A DNA stretch of 64,000 bases from Octopus bimaculoides (lineage: Eukaryota). The position numbers were made by a program, and so were the translations under genes. The stretch covers positions 52,613,855 to 52,677,854 of the forward strand of contig NC_068990.1 in assembly GCF_001194135.2 (NCBI RefSeq). Reading direction: 5' to 3'. The notes under the pieces are model-generated. The model ran no database searches. It worked only from the letters and a program-made list of their open reading frames with translations, and had not been told where the DNA came from. Below, piece by piece: positions 14,526 to 25,945 of this stretch (position 1 is its first letter; the number at the start of each line of letters is the position of its first letter).

Positions 14526-15649
14526 TCAAATTACTTGATATAAGGATCTAACAGTCTGTCTTCAATAAGGTGCTGTTGAACATCTCTGCCTGCCCATTCC
14601 CAATAGTGATATGGAATAGTATGACTTGTGACAACTCCTTTCTAGGAGAGATAATCCTTGGAAGTTCCTTAATTTGGCATTCCACATAAGCTGAACATGA
14701 GATCCAGACATCTGATGACTGTTGTCACATGCTGCATGTTGGGAAGTGGGAAAATAAAAGGAAAACGTGAGCAGTCATTAGAAGCAAATATGAATTACAT
14801 GAAACCATAAGCAAAACTTGCTTGAAGTTCATAATAAGCTATTCAATAGGCTTTGTTGCTTTGATAAGAGTTCCTTTTTGTGGGTGATAAAACTAAGGTC
14901 TTAGTTCAGCACATCCTACAAGAAGCACAAACCTTCTTCACATCTTCTGCAGAGAAGGGGAGATTCCTTGCTTTAATAAAATGTAGTAACTGAGGTATGG
15001 ATGTCAGCAACTCTTGAGGTAGCAAAGCCTTAACATGTGTATGCTTGAGTAAATGTATCAGGGATCAGATTCTTCCTATCAGGACAATATTTCCTTTCTG
15101 CAAGTTCCAGTCTTCATTCTTGAGTCTTTGTATGCCATTTATTGTCAAGTATAAGGCCCTCTGATAATGGTTCCATTTTTACACTGCCTCAATAATAGCA
15201 GCCACTTCTCTCCAATGTGGTTGTGTAAATCTCTTCTTTGTAATATCTTGACTTGAACCCTACTGGTCATTCTCTTTGATTAAGGATGGCAGAAATTGTC
15301 ACATCAGATGTGTCACACTCTACCTCAAAGTTTACATCCACTGAGTGTAGCGTAACTTACTCTAATTTCCTCTTTAGCAGGTTAAAGAACACAGAGCCTC
15401 TTTTCCAATGAAAATATTGTGTTTATCAACAGTCAAGTTTTTATCAGAGAACCCTGTCTTAAACATTTTCTGTGGAAATCAGATTTATCCACTCAAAATT
15501 TAATTACTCTTAACTCTGAAAAGCAGTTTTATATAACGATCTATCTTTTGTTGAAGAATGTCATGTTTGAAACCATTTCTTGTTGAGATATGTCAAGTTT
15601 ATTGAGGCAACATTACCGATTCTAATATTTTGTTAGATCTTATCTTTTA

Positions 15650-16010
15650 CTTGTTTCAGTCATTGGCCATGCTGGGAAACTGCCTTGAATTTTTAGTTGA
15701 ATGGTCACCAGTGCTTATTTTTTTTTTTAGCCTGGTACTTATTCTATCAGTCTCTTTTGCTAAACTGCTAAGTTATGGGGGATGTAAACATACCAACACC
15801 AGTTGTTAAGTAGTAGTGGGGGACAGACACAAAGGCACACGCACATATATACATGATGGACTCTTTTCAGTTTCCGTCTACTAAATTCACTCACAAGGCT
15901 TTGGCTGGCCTGAGGTTATAGTAGAAGGCACTTGCCTAAGGTGCCATGCAGTGGGACTGAACCTAGAACCATGTGGTTGGGAAGCAAGCTTCTTACCACA
16001 CAGCCATGCC
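15650..16010 (-). mobile_element. tRNA-derived octopod-type SINE
   Basis: On -: GGCATGGCTGTGTGGTAAGAAG...GGTTCAGTCCCACTG...GGCACCTTAGGCAAGTG. Partial copies near 30040, 31690 and 33845. Confidence 0.75.
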
Positions 16011-16379
16011 TATGCCTGATATTTAACATCATTACTGGAATAATCATGAAACTAATTTTGCAGTTGAAGTGTATCAAAGATTGCAAATTTTCTGGAGTTG
16101 GAAGTTCTTGTAGTGGGTGAAACCTCTCAGGATGTGGCTCAACAATGCCATTCTTCACAAAGTATCTAAGGACATTAGTCAATCCACTTCATACATGGTT
16201 TTTTGAGTTGTAAGGTGTCTCTCACTGATGACCTTCAGAAATTCTTTTATGCTTAGGTTATGCACCTCCCTATGTCTGTCCAGCAATAGTTATATTATAA
16301 AGATAGGAGAAGGTACTGTGCAGCATTTCCTCTCTCACTACCCCATCCATAGCTCATTGAAAGGTAGCAACCCTCAATT

Positions 16380-17330
16380 GTGACTCCAGTGGAACTTTAC
16401 AGAATTTATGGAGTATCTAGGTGGGGTAGTACTTCTGATAAGGGAACATGTGCTCTTTAGAGTTGTTTGTCTGCTTTGGTCCCCACCTGAAACCAGCTCT
16501 CACCCGTGGTTCCACGAAGCTGCCTGCTTGCAACACTGGCCACACCCCAGGCAACAGCTTCCACAGGCTGGCTAAACTATGATGTGGGTAGCCTACAGCT
16601 TTCAAACTGTTGCTGAGTTAGGATTTGTCTACATATGCATGTGAAGACTGGACCCAGTAGACTGTGTGGAGGAAACCACCAGATTGGTATAATGGGCAAG
16701 AAAGTAGACCAGCAAGCGTGAACAGGGCACAGTGAGACTTGGATGGTTTACAAATGCCATGCCAAAAAGCTAAACTGCTTGAGAAAGCTGTAGAGAATCA
16801 CTTGGGAAGACAAGGTCCCTGACATAAAGGTCCTATTTCAAGCTGTTCATTAAGCATTTATACACTATTGAGGGGTCCACAACTCAAGTGGGCAGGCCAC
16901 CTTGTTTAAATGCCTGACACTTGACTCCCTAAGAGAGTGTATTACAGTGAACTGGCAGAAGGCAAGCACATGCATAATGCACAGGAAAAGTGCTTCAAAG
17001 ATACACCTGAAGCCTCACTGAAGAGCCTGGAGGTTAACCTCAACACTTGGGAAATGCAACTGCAAGACCACTCTGCTTGGCAAAGCTGCACTAACAGAGG
17101 TGCTACCTCCTATAAACAGGATTGCAGGGATACAATGAAAATGAAAACTTGCACAAGTCTAGAGCCAACTCCTTGCCTTCAGTTCTAGCAGACTCCCAGT
17201 GCCTGATCTGTGGTACAGGCGTCTGAGCAATGCATCAAACTGGTTGGCCAGTACTGGACATGCTGTGCTCCATCTCCCATGTGATGTTCTTGGTCATTGA
17301 AGACAATGGACAAATTAATCACAGAATTCA
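16380..17330 (+). mobile_element. Internally deleted RTE/BovB-like LINE (family C): 5' UTR-like segment joined to the RT C-terminus
   Basis: LKWAGHLV.MPD..LPKRVYYSEL..G...KD...SLK...W. Upstream CTCTCACCCGTGG...GGCCACACCCC...GGCTAAAC resembles RTE 5' UTRs as recalled. Confidence 0.7.
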
Positions 17331-19178
17331 TAGTTATTCATTGGTCTCAAAAGCTGAATATTCTCTGTCAGACTCTTATCATAATACCTGATAGGAGGCA
17401 CTTTTGAGATCAAAGATGGAGAGGCATTCAATTCAGTATATTGCTTGATTGCCTGTGCATAACCTATACAAATGTCACTGGGTAGGATCCTTCACTACAA
17501 CCTGGGCTCACCATGGAGACATGCTCACACCAGTTGTATCTTCTCAGTAAATGTTGAATTTGCTCTGTAAATAAATCTTAATTGTCTTGATTTAGCAGCA
17601 ATTGACTTATAGCTTAGAGAAGTTTAGAAAAAGAGATAGCTCTTCTGTTTTTGCTGCAGCCCAATGCACAGTTAATTCAGAGACACTCTCTGTAATCAGA
17701 TTTCACTTGAGATGCTGATGCTGGAAATTTTGGCCACATCAAGACACACATCCTTCAATGTATGACTGGTTATTTATGCCAAGGGCTAGATCCACAACGA
17801 CCAGGTCCCTAGAACTGGTGTTGAAGCTTTTGGTAACCATAGTGATAAATTTACTGGATGGGTGAACTTTAGTTCTTGCACAACTTTCTCACTAAGGTAA
17901 CTATCAATGCAGTGAGAATTCAGGTGAGAACTTAATTTTTTCCCATTCACAGTTGTTGCTGCATCAGTGATTCTGTGTGGTATGTTAACTGGTGTGGTCA
18001 GTATATGAGAGCTGACTGCTGTTGCTTAATGAGGCCTTGGATTTTCACACACAAGCATAATGTATCTTCTTAGAACATTGCAAGTAGCCTTGCATTCTGG
18101 GTAGTTATCTTGTGAATGGTAAGAAGGATCACATTTCCTCCTCATATTATGATTGGTAGCCAGAACTGGTTCATTAAGAGCTACAGGAAATTTAAAAGAA
18201 TCTTCTCATAGATGTGATGGTTAAGGGTTCACTACTGCAAACATATAGGTCTCTGGAGTTGGGTATAATTACCTGCAGGATATGTGGAAATTCCACAGTT
18301 TAAATCAGCATATTTGAAAACATATTAAACACAAGTAAGAAATTTTGAAAAATTGTTTTGAAATCTTGCCATTTAATCAAAAGTATATCTATTCATATAT
18401 CTCTATCTACATCTGTAGACTCACCTTTGTACCTATCTATCTTGAGTACATCTTTCTTGGGGATTATGCAAGCTGATTTATTCAGAATTTTGTCTTGGCA
18501 ATCTTCAATATAATTCATTGTCAATGTCTAAGCAGGTCTCTATGCTTGAATTGAAAAAATTGTGGTTTGTCTTACTCTTGTAGTTGTCTGGCCTCCTTCT
18601 GGAAATCCACAAGTAAGTACATTAAATAACATTACAATAGAACTATACTATATATTTAGCAAAGTTTGAATTTATGGAATTATTAAGTTTATAAATTCTT
18701 TCATATTATTAGCATTTCAATTACTTGCAGATTAAAAAGAAGCAGTATTTTTCTTTTGCTTTCTCCCTTATTGCATTTATTTTTCTAGTTTTGGTGAGTC
18801 TTATTCATTCCTATTGTACAACAAAAATGCAGATGGTTTATTGAAGTAATTGTTAATTAGAGGGGTATTTCTGCCAATTCAAGATCACTTACTTGTGAAA
18901 TATACTTTGGAAATCAATGAACTTGTTATAATTTCTTTCTCCCTGTAACTGTTATTACACCATTTGAAATATTGTTTACTTTTCACTAAATACAAAGCCT
19001 TAAATTTTAAGTTGACAGGACTGGGCCTGTTGTGAAGTTCTTCTTTCTTTGAGGATTTGTAATATGAAGTACTTTCAATCAGGAATTGAAACCCTGTCAC
19101 ATAATTTTGTGCTTTCCTCAATGTTACATTGGAGTTCATCTTATAACCATTTGTTTTTTTTTTCTTCTCGTATTTCAG

Positions 19179-19334
19179 TTGGACAAAATTGACACAGTTC
19201 CTAAACCTGAAGCAATGACTCATGAAATGTTTGCAGATTACTTCCCAGAGTCTGCTGTTAACCCAGATAAGCCAACTTTGTATCCACATACCAAGCAATA
19301 CCAACCAGAGAACATCAAAGATTTCCTTAAATAA
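19179..19334 (+). CDS. ATP5PD: ATP synthase subunit d, last coding exon (LDKIDTVPKPEAMTHEMFADYFPESAVNPDKPTLYPHTKQYQPENIKDFLK*)
   Basis: Polypyrimidine acceptor ending tatttcag and a TAA stop. The MT.E...D.FP..A..P.KPT..PH pattern matches the invertebrate subunit d C-terminus as recalled. Confidence 0.8.
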   Translation: MDKIDTVPKPEAMTHEMFADYFPESAVNPDKPTLYPHTKQYQPENIKDFLK

Positions 19335-19412
19335 TTACTTCTTAGTAGATATATTTGAATTTTTGGATGATGAATGTAATGTTAGTTTTCTAGTTCTGTA
19401 TGACACAATCTA

Positions 19413-19418
19413 AATAAA
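19413..19418 (+). promoter_or_regulatory. Candidate polyadenylation signal of ATP5PD
   Basis: AATAAA 79 nt downstream of the stop codon. Confidence 0.5.
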
Positions 19419-19874
19419 GGCACTGGTTGGCAACATAATCTTCCAATATTTCCTTTTTAATTGAATTTAAAAGCATGTTAACTCCTTGTTTTAATTTTTC
19501 ACATCATCCTATTCTGTGTACTACCATATTTAACACTAACTCTTCCTAATTTATTTAATATAATTCACAAGTCTACCTCTATTTACAATCTTTCTCCCCT
19601 GATTTTACTGTTCTCTCTTTATTCCTGTCGTGTCTCAGAAAGGGGCAGTCTTTCTGTCCTTCATTTGCCATGCACCCACCCATTTGTCTCCACCACCTAT
19701 ACTGGAAATCTCTCCTCTCTGCCAGAAAACTTTTATGACAACACCCCAAATAGTCTCATCCACATTACTGTATGCATGAAAATGAGACTGCATCTTTTAT
19801 TTAGTCATTTAAATTAACTATTCGTTCTCTTGACCTATAATGAATGAACCAAATCTCGTTTGTTCTTTGTTTTT

Positions 19875-21017
19875 TGTGCAGAAAAAACTTCTGTCACATT
19901 CCAGGGAGAAAAACTAGACGTAGTTGATAGCTTCTGCTATCTGGGTGACCAAGTTAGTAGTGAAGGAGGGTGCACTGAAAGTGTAGCTGCTAGAATAAGA
20001 ATAGCCTGGGCAAAGTTCAGAGAGCTCTTACCTCTGCTGGCGACTCACTCAGAGTAAAAGGCAGACTGTATGACGCATGTGTACAAACAGCCATGCTACA
20101 GGGCAGTGAAACATGGGCCGTGACTGCTGAGGACATGCGTTAGCTTGCAAGGAATGAAGCCAGTATGCTCCGATGGATGTGTAATGTCAGTGTCCATACT
20201 CGACAGAGTGTATGTACCTTGAGATAAAAGTTGGACCTAAGAAGCATCAGTTGAGAGACANNNNNNNNNNNNNNNNNNNNNNNNNNNNNNNNNNNNNNNN
20301 NNNNNNNNNNNNNNNNNNNNNNNNNNNNNNNNNNNNNNNNNNNNNNNNNNNNNNNNNNNNNNNNNNNNNNNNNNNNNNNNNNNNNNNNNNNNNNNNNNNN
20401 NTAGGCCTCACCGAGGCAATGACTTGTGACCAAGACCTTTGGAAATATGCTGTGCGTGAGAAGCCAAGTGAGACCAAAATCCAAGGCCTCTGCCAGGGAT
20501 GTAGCCAGCCCACTTATGCATACCATTCCTTCATTGGACACTAAACTCCACTTGCGAAGACCTGTTGAGGCAAGTGAAATCGAAATCAAACTAAATTTGA
20601 CGACTGGCACCCATGCCAACGTCTTTTTCACTGAACACTAAATTCGGCTTGCAAAGACCTGTTGGGGCAAACGAAAGTGAAATCGTGATGGTACCTGTAC
20701 CAGTGAAGGACTAAGAGCACCGTCCGAGCGTGATCGTTGTCAGAGCAGCTGTCTGGCTTCCGTGCCGGTGGCACGTAAATAGCACCATTTCGAGCATGGC
20801 CGTTGCCAATACTGCCTGACTAGCCTTCATGCCGGTGGCATGTAAAAGCAACCACTACACTCTCGGAGTGGTTGGCGTTAGGAAGGGCATACAGCTGTAG
20901 AAACTCTGCCAAATCATATTGGAGCCTGGTGTAGCCACCTGGTTCACCAGTCCTCAGTCAAATCGTCCAACCCATGCTAGCATGGAAAGCAGACATTAAA
21001 TGATGATGATGATGATG
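19875..21017 (+). mobile_element. RTE family A 3' portion with 3' UTR and (GAT)n tail
   Basis: LDVVDSFCYLGD..AKFRELLPLL; tail tgatgatgatgatgatg at about 21000-21017. Confidence 0.9.
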
Positions 21018-21129
21018 TTTATCAATGCTTGTATTGCACTCCCAATAGAGGCAGCAATTGTAACATGAGTAAATGATAGTAGCTTAATGTGAGAACTGAT
21101 ATGTCATGTCTGTTGGCAAATGCTCGTTG

Positions 21130-23721
21130 AAACCTTTTTAGATGTTGAATGGGGCTCCCTCCCACTTTCTCAAAGTTGGCACTATTAATGTTGACATATT
21201 GAAAAGTAGGTCTGGCAAGTGCGTTGAAATGCTTAAATGGAGGGGAGCTTCAGCCAGGTTCCTCACAGTCAAGAAGTATAGGTATAAAATCTTCTGGGAA
21301 GACAACAGTGATCGGGTAGGTGGCGTGGAAATAATTCTTAGCAGAGAAATGGGTGGAAGAGATGACTGAGGTAGAGTGTGCGATAGACTAATTAAGTTTA
21401 GGCGAGTTTTTCAGAATAGTACAGCAACAATTATCCCTACCTGTCTCCCAAGCGGGTCTGCTAAATGAAAAAAGGACATTTTTATTTTAATTTTTTGCGG
21501 GTTACCTCACCTTTGTGGCTGGTGATTTCAATGGACACGTTGGGCAGCACCTGAGTATCTTTCGTAGTGTACAGGGTGAACATGGAATTGGTTCCCAACA
21601 TGATGGGGGAACAAGGCTACTGGAGTTCTGTGATGTGAATAACCTAATGATATGCAACACCCACTTTAGAAAGCCAGCCATTCACCTGATTACCTATCAA
21701 TCAAGTGACCATGCTTGCAAGATTGAGTACATTCTCACCAGAAAGTGTGATACATTGTTGCTCATAGATGCAAAGACCTTCCCTGGTGAAGAATGTACCC
21801 ACCAACATAGATTAGTTATTAGCAACTTAATACTAGAAGGATTCCAAGAAGCAAAGCTGTCTGGAAAAGAAGTATTTGGAAGCTTAAGGATCGTTAGAGA
21901 TTTAGGTATGCCCTAATTGAAAGATTTAATGAAGAGGAACTAGACTTGTAACATAGATGGCAACTGGGAGTTACTACGAGACAGCTTGCTGAGTGCCACA
22001 GACCAAATATGTAGCTGGTGCAAAGTCCCAACAAACCTAAGGTGATGTAGTGGTAGAACAGTCTTGTAGACAAGGCCATCAGAGTGAATAAATTATATCA
22101 GATAGCTAGGAGGGAGATTAGAAGACACACTTAGCCAGGGGATGAGCAGAAAGGAGGAAATTTGCCAATGTTTTGTGGAATGAGATTTTCGGATTACAAG
22201 ACAGTGCGTCAGAGTAAATCCTGATATGGCAGGAGAGAAGTGTATTCACATGGATGATAGCTCACTTGCAGTTAGTGATTCTGTAAAGGGGGCTTGCAAG
22301 TGCCACTATGACAGATTGCTAAATGTAGAGGATGCATGGGAGGAGAGCCTGCCTAATGTGAACCCAACAGAGGGGCCAGTTGTCTGAATTGATAGTAACT
22401 TAGTAGATAAAGCAAAAGTTTAAAAGGACACTGGCCCATCAGGAATCGCTACTAAGATGCTTAATATTGGGTTGGCAACTAAGTTCCCGCCATTAAAAAA
22501 AAATTTTGTAATCTATTTTGTTTTTTTTCTAGTTAATTTTTGCTTATTTTCAGGTCATTAAAATGGAATGTCAAGCTAAGAAAAACAAGCATTTTCGACA
22601 CCTTCTTTTTGCTTTTAATCAAGGTTCTAAGGCCGCAAAAGCTGCTTGCGACATTTGTGTTGTGTATGCAGAGAGTGCCATAGCTGAAAGAACCACTTGT
22701 GATTGGTACGCCAAGTTCAAAAATAGAAATTTTGACCTCAAAGACACACTTTGTTCTGGCTGGTCAGTTGAGTTTAATGAAGAGCAATTATACCAACTTT
22801 TGCACGAAAATTATTGTCAAACGACAAGGGAACTGGCAGAAAAAATTGAATGCTCCCACACTGCTATAGAGAAACATGCCCACCAGAAACAAAAATCAAC
22901 AAGCCACAATCTCTGCTGGTTTGCTTGCTTGTCACCGCCCAACTCATGGACACAAGCAATGATTTCTTTACCTAATCATTACTAGTGATGAAAAATGGTG
23001 CCTGTCCATCAATATGAAGCAGAGTAAGTAATGGCTTAGCCCCGGTAAACAAGTGACACCGCACGTGAAACAAGATCTTCATCTGCGTAAAACGATGTTG
23101 TGCATATGGTGGGATTGGGAAGGGATTATCCATTAGGAATTGCTTGAATGGAACCAAACGGTCAACGCGGAACTCTATGTTCAACAAATGGAACAACTTA
23201 AAATGGATGTTCAAGAGAAAATGCCTAATCGGCAGCATGGAGTTCTGCTGCATGACAATGCCTGCCCTTATATCACCAATATGACTAAGGAAGCCATTCA
23301 AATGCATGGCTGAGAAGTGCTGCCACATCCGCCGTACTCTCTTGATTTGGCACCAACAGATTTCCATCTCTTTCAAATGCTATGTGCGGAGTTTTGTTCA
23401 ATACTGATGCAGAATTGAGAGCCTGGTTGGATCAATTTTTCAAGTTGAAATCAGGTGATTTCTACTAATGAGGTATTGAAAATCTTGTTGAATGTTGGGA
23501 AGAAGGGTGAATACATTATTAATTAGTTATTATTTTTTATTAAACCTTTTAAAAAAATTAAATTTTTTAAAAATGGCGGGAACTTAGTTGCCAACTCAAT
23601 ATATCTGGCTGTTCAATGATTGGTGTAGCAGTCAACTGCTACAAAGGCATCAAATTGCTGGACCAGGTGATTAAAGTTACAGAAGAGGTCACAGCTAAAC
23701 TACTTAGGGAGAGAGTTAGCC
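21130..23721 (+). mobile_element. RTE family A 5' portion (APE endonuclease), split by a mariner
   Basis: LKVGTINV, AGDFNGHVG, NLMICNT.F.K; resumes after 23601 with NCYKG.KLLDQV. Confidence 0.88.
22467..23599 (+). mobile_element. Mariner (DD34D) DNA transposon, defective
   Basis: 28-bp TIRs with one mismatch (TTGGGTTGGCAACTAAGTTCCCGCCATT), TA duplication at 22465-66 and 23600-01. HTH N-terminus, TSDEKW, HDNA and YSLDLAPTDFHLF motifs; stops and frameshifts. Confidence 0.95.
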
Positions 23722-25508
23722 NNNNNNNNNNNNNNNNNNNNNNNNNNNNNNNNNNNNNNNNNNNNNNNNNNNNNNNNNNNNNNNNNNNNNNNNNNNNNNN
23801 NNNNNNNNNNNNNNNNNNNNNNNNNNNNNNNNNNNNNNNNNNNNNNNNNNNNNNNNNNNNNNNNNNNNNNNNNNNNNNNNNNNNNNNNNNNNNNNNNNNN
23901 NNNNNNNNNNNNNNNNNNNNNNNNNNNNNNNNNNNNNNNNNNNNNNNNNNNNNNNNNNNNNNNNNNNNNNNNNNNNNNNNNNNNNNNNNNNNNNNNNNNN
24001 NNNNNNNNNNNNNNNNNNNNNNNNNNNNNNNNNNNNNNNNNNNNNNNNNNNNNNNNNNNNNNNNNNNNNNNNNNNNNNNNNNNNNNNNNNNNNNNNNNNN
24101 NNNNNNNNNNNNNNNNNNNNNNNNNNNNNNNNNNNNNNNNNNNNNNNNNNNNNNNNNNNNNNNNNNNNNNNNNNNNNNNNNNNNNNNNNNNNNNNNNNNN
24201 NNNNNNNNNNNNNNNNNNNNNNNNNNNNNNNNNNNNNNNNNNNNNNNNNNNNNNNNNNNNNNNNNNNNNNNNNNNNNNNNNNNNNNNNNNNNNNNNNNNN
24301 NNNNNNNNNNNNNNNNNNNNNNNNNNNNNNNNNNNNNNNNNNNNNNNNNNNNNNNNNNNNNNNNNNNNNNNNNNNNNNNNNNNNNNNNNNNNNNNNNNNN
24401 NNNNNNNNNNNNNNNNNNNNNNNNNNNNNNNNNNNNNNNNNNNNNNNNNNNNNNNNNNNNNNNNNNNNNNNNNNNNNNNNNNNNNNNNNNNNNNNNNNNN
24501 NNNNNNNNNNNNNNNNNNNNNNNNNNNNNNNNNNNNNNNNNNNNNNNNNNNNNNNTTGTTTTCTTTATTTTTGAAACTAGGTGTTACATGAGGTCTAAAT
24601 TACACACATACACACGCATTAAAATACATTAAATAAATTATCAAGATTGTTGCAGAAAAGAAAATTATTTTTTGGCAAAAGGCATCCGTCCCTTGTTACA
24701 ATTGAGTCAGTTAAACTGAAAATCTTAAACTTTGCTGGCATAGAAGGGCGACTTTGATCTGGCTGATTCTTTCTAATCAACCTCTGTTTAGATACTGCTT
24801 GATCTATTCCGCAAATGATCATTTTTCAATTTATCTGCTGATCCTGTCAAAAACTTTGTTCTCTCTGTGGTACTTTTTTGTCTCTACTACAACTGCAGTT
24901 TTTAAATGAGTTGCGCTTGCAACAGGAAATGTGAAATCTTTTGTTGCATTGTTTTTAAACACTTTATACTTTGTTTGAAACAATGGCAAATTTTCTCTAT
25001 TTTTCACAGATTTTAGGTTTAACTGACTCAATCGTAATATAAGAGATGAATGCCTTTTGCCAAAGAATTATTTTTTCTGCTACAATCTTGACAATTTGTT
25101 CAATTGAAGAATCTTTCTTAACTGCATTCTTTTCTTTTTCTTGTTAAAAAAAAACAAAACACATTTTAGTACATCCTTATAAGTTGGCAAAACTCATTCG
25201 CAAAGATCACATGGAGTACCAGATATTAGGCTTTCAATATCATGACGTGTTATTGGCTTATGAGTCATCACTCAATGTAAACAACACTAAATTTAATACA
25301 ATGGCCTAAAGTCATGGTACAAAGCAGAAAACTTCACATGCGAAGATCAAAGTCCTAATATGTAGGAAAACAGACTAATCAGACCCCTTCTGGAAGATGG
25401 CCCTGCTNNNNNNNNNNNNNNNNNNNNNNNNNNNNNNNNNNNNNNNNNNNNNNNNNNNNNNNNNNNNNNNNNNNNNNNNNNNNNNNNNNNNNNNNNNNNN
25501 NNNNNNNC

Positions 25509-25547
<39 letters not shown>

Positions 25548-25833
25548 TACATACATAATATATACACATGTATATATGTATAAAGAGACCAATGGCAAAG
25601 TTAGAAATATATTTGTAAGACTTTATCCATAAAATATATTTCTAACTTTGCTATTGGTCTCTTTATCCTTTTCTCTTTATACATACACACACTAATACAC
25701 AACCTATGTTATATTCCCCACTCATGTTTATACAACGAAAGGGGCAAAACTAGTCGGTATACAGCACTTACTTGGTATTACCTGTATCTTTGGGCTTGGT
25801 TGAATCCAATACCCTTCATAACCTTAACACATA

Positions 25834-25881
<48 letters not shown>

Positions 25882-25945
25882 CACACACACATACATACAT
25901 ACACAATATATATATACATATTCACACATACATTACATATATATA

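Larger units (their letters stand above)
13800..18560 (-). mobile_element. Decayed Ty3/Gypsy LTR retrotransposon (gag-pro-RT-RNaseH-IN) carrying nested insertions
   Basis: Gag knuckle remnant CDPSYH...ECKATCN near 18100; RT tail YFVKNGIVEPHPERFHPLQELP at 16100-16180; RNase H FEVECDTSDVTISAILNQ near 15300; integrase LLHFIKARNLPFSAEDVKKVCASCRMC near 14950; VDQVELL.SNP near 13940. No LTRs recognised. Confidence 0.8.

Noticed and set aside
18425-18530. Minus-strand exon-like segment (TLTMNYIEDC...RYK with a GTGAG donor)
   Set aside because: Not PDK1-like. It lies where Gypsy gag is expected and YIEDC...PK resembles that gag region.
18885-19304. 139-aa minus-strand ORF overlapping the ATP5PD last exon and ending near a GTAAGT
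   Set aside because: No recognisable homology, no good acceptor, AT-rich; most likely an antisense shadow.
25375-25407. SRAIFQKG on -, resembling PDK1 YLIFQKI
   Set aside because: A stop follows within three codons and the flanking residues do not match.
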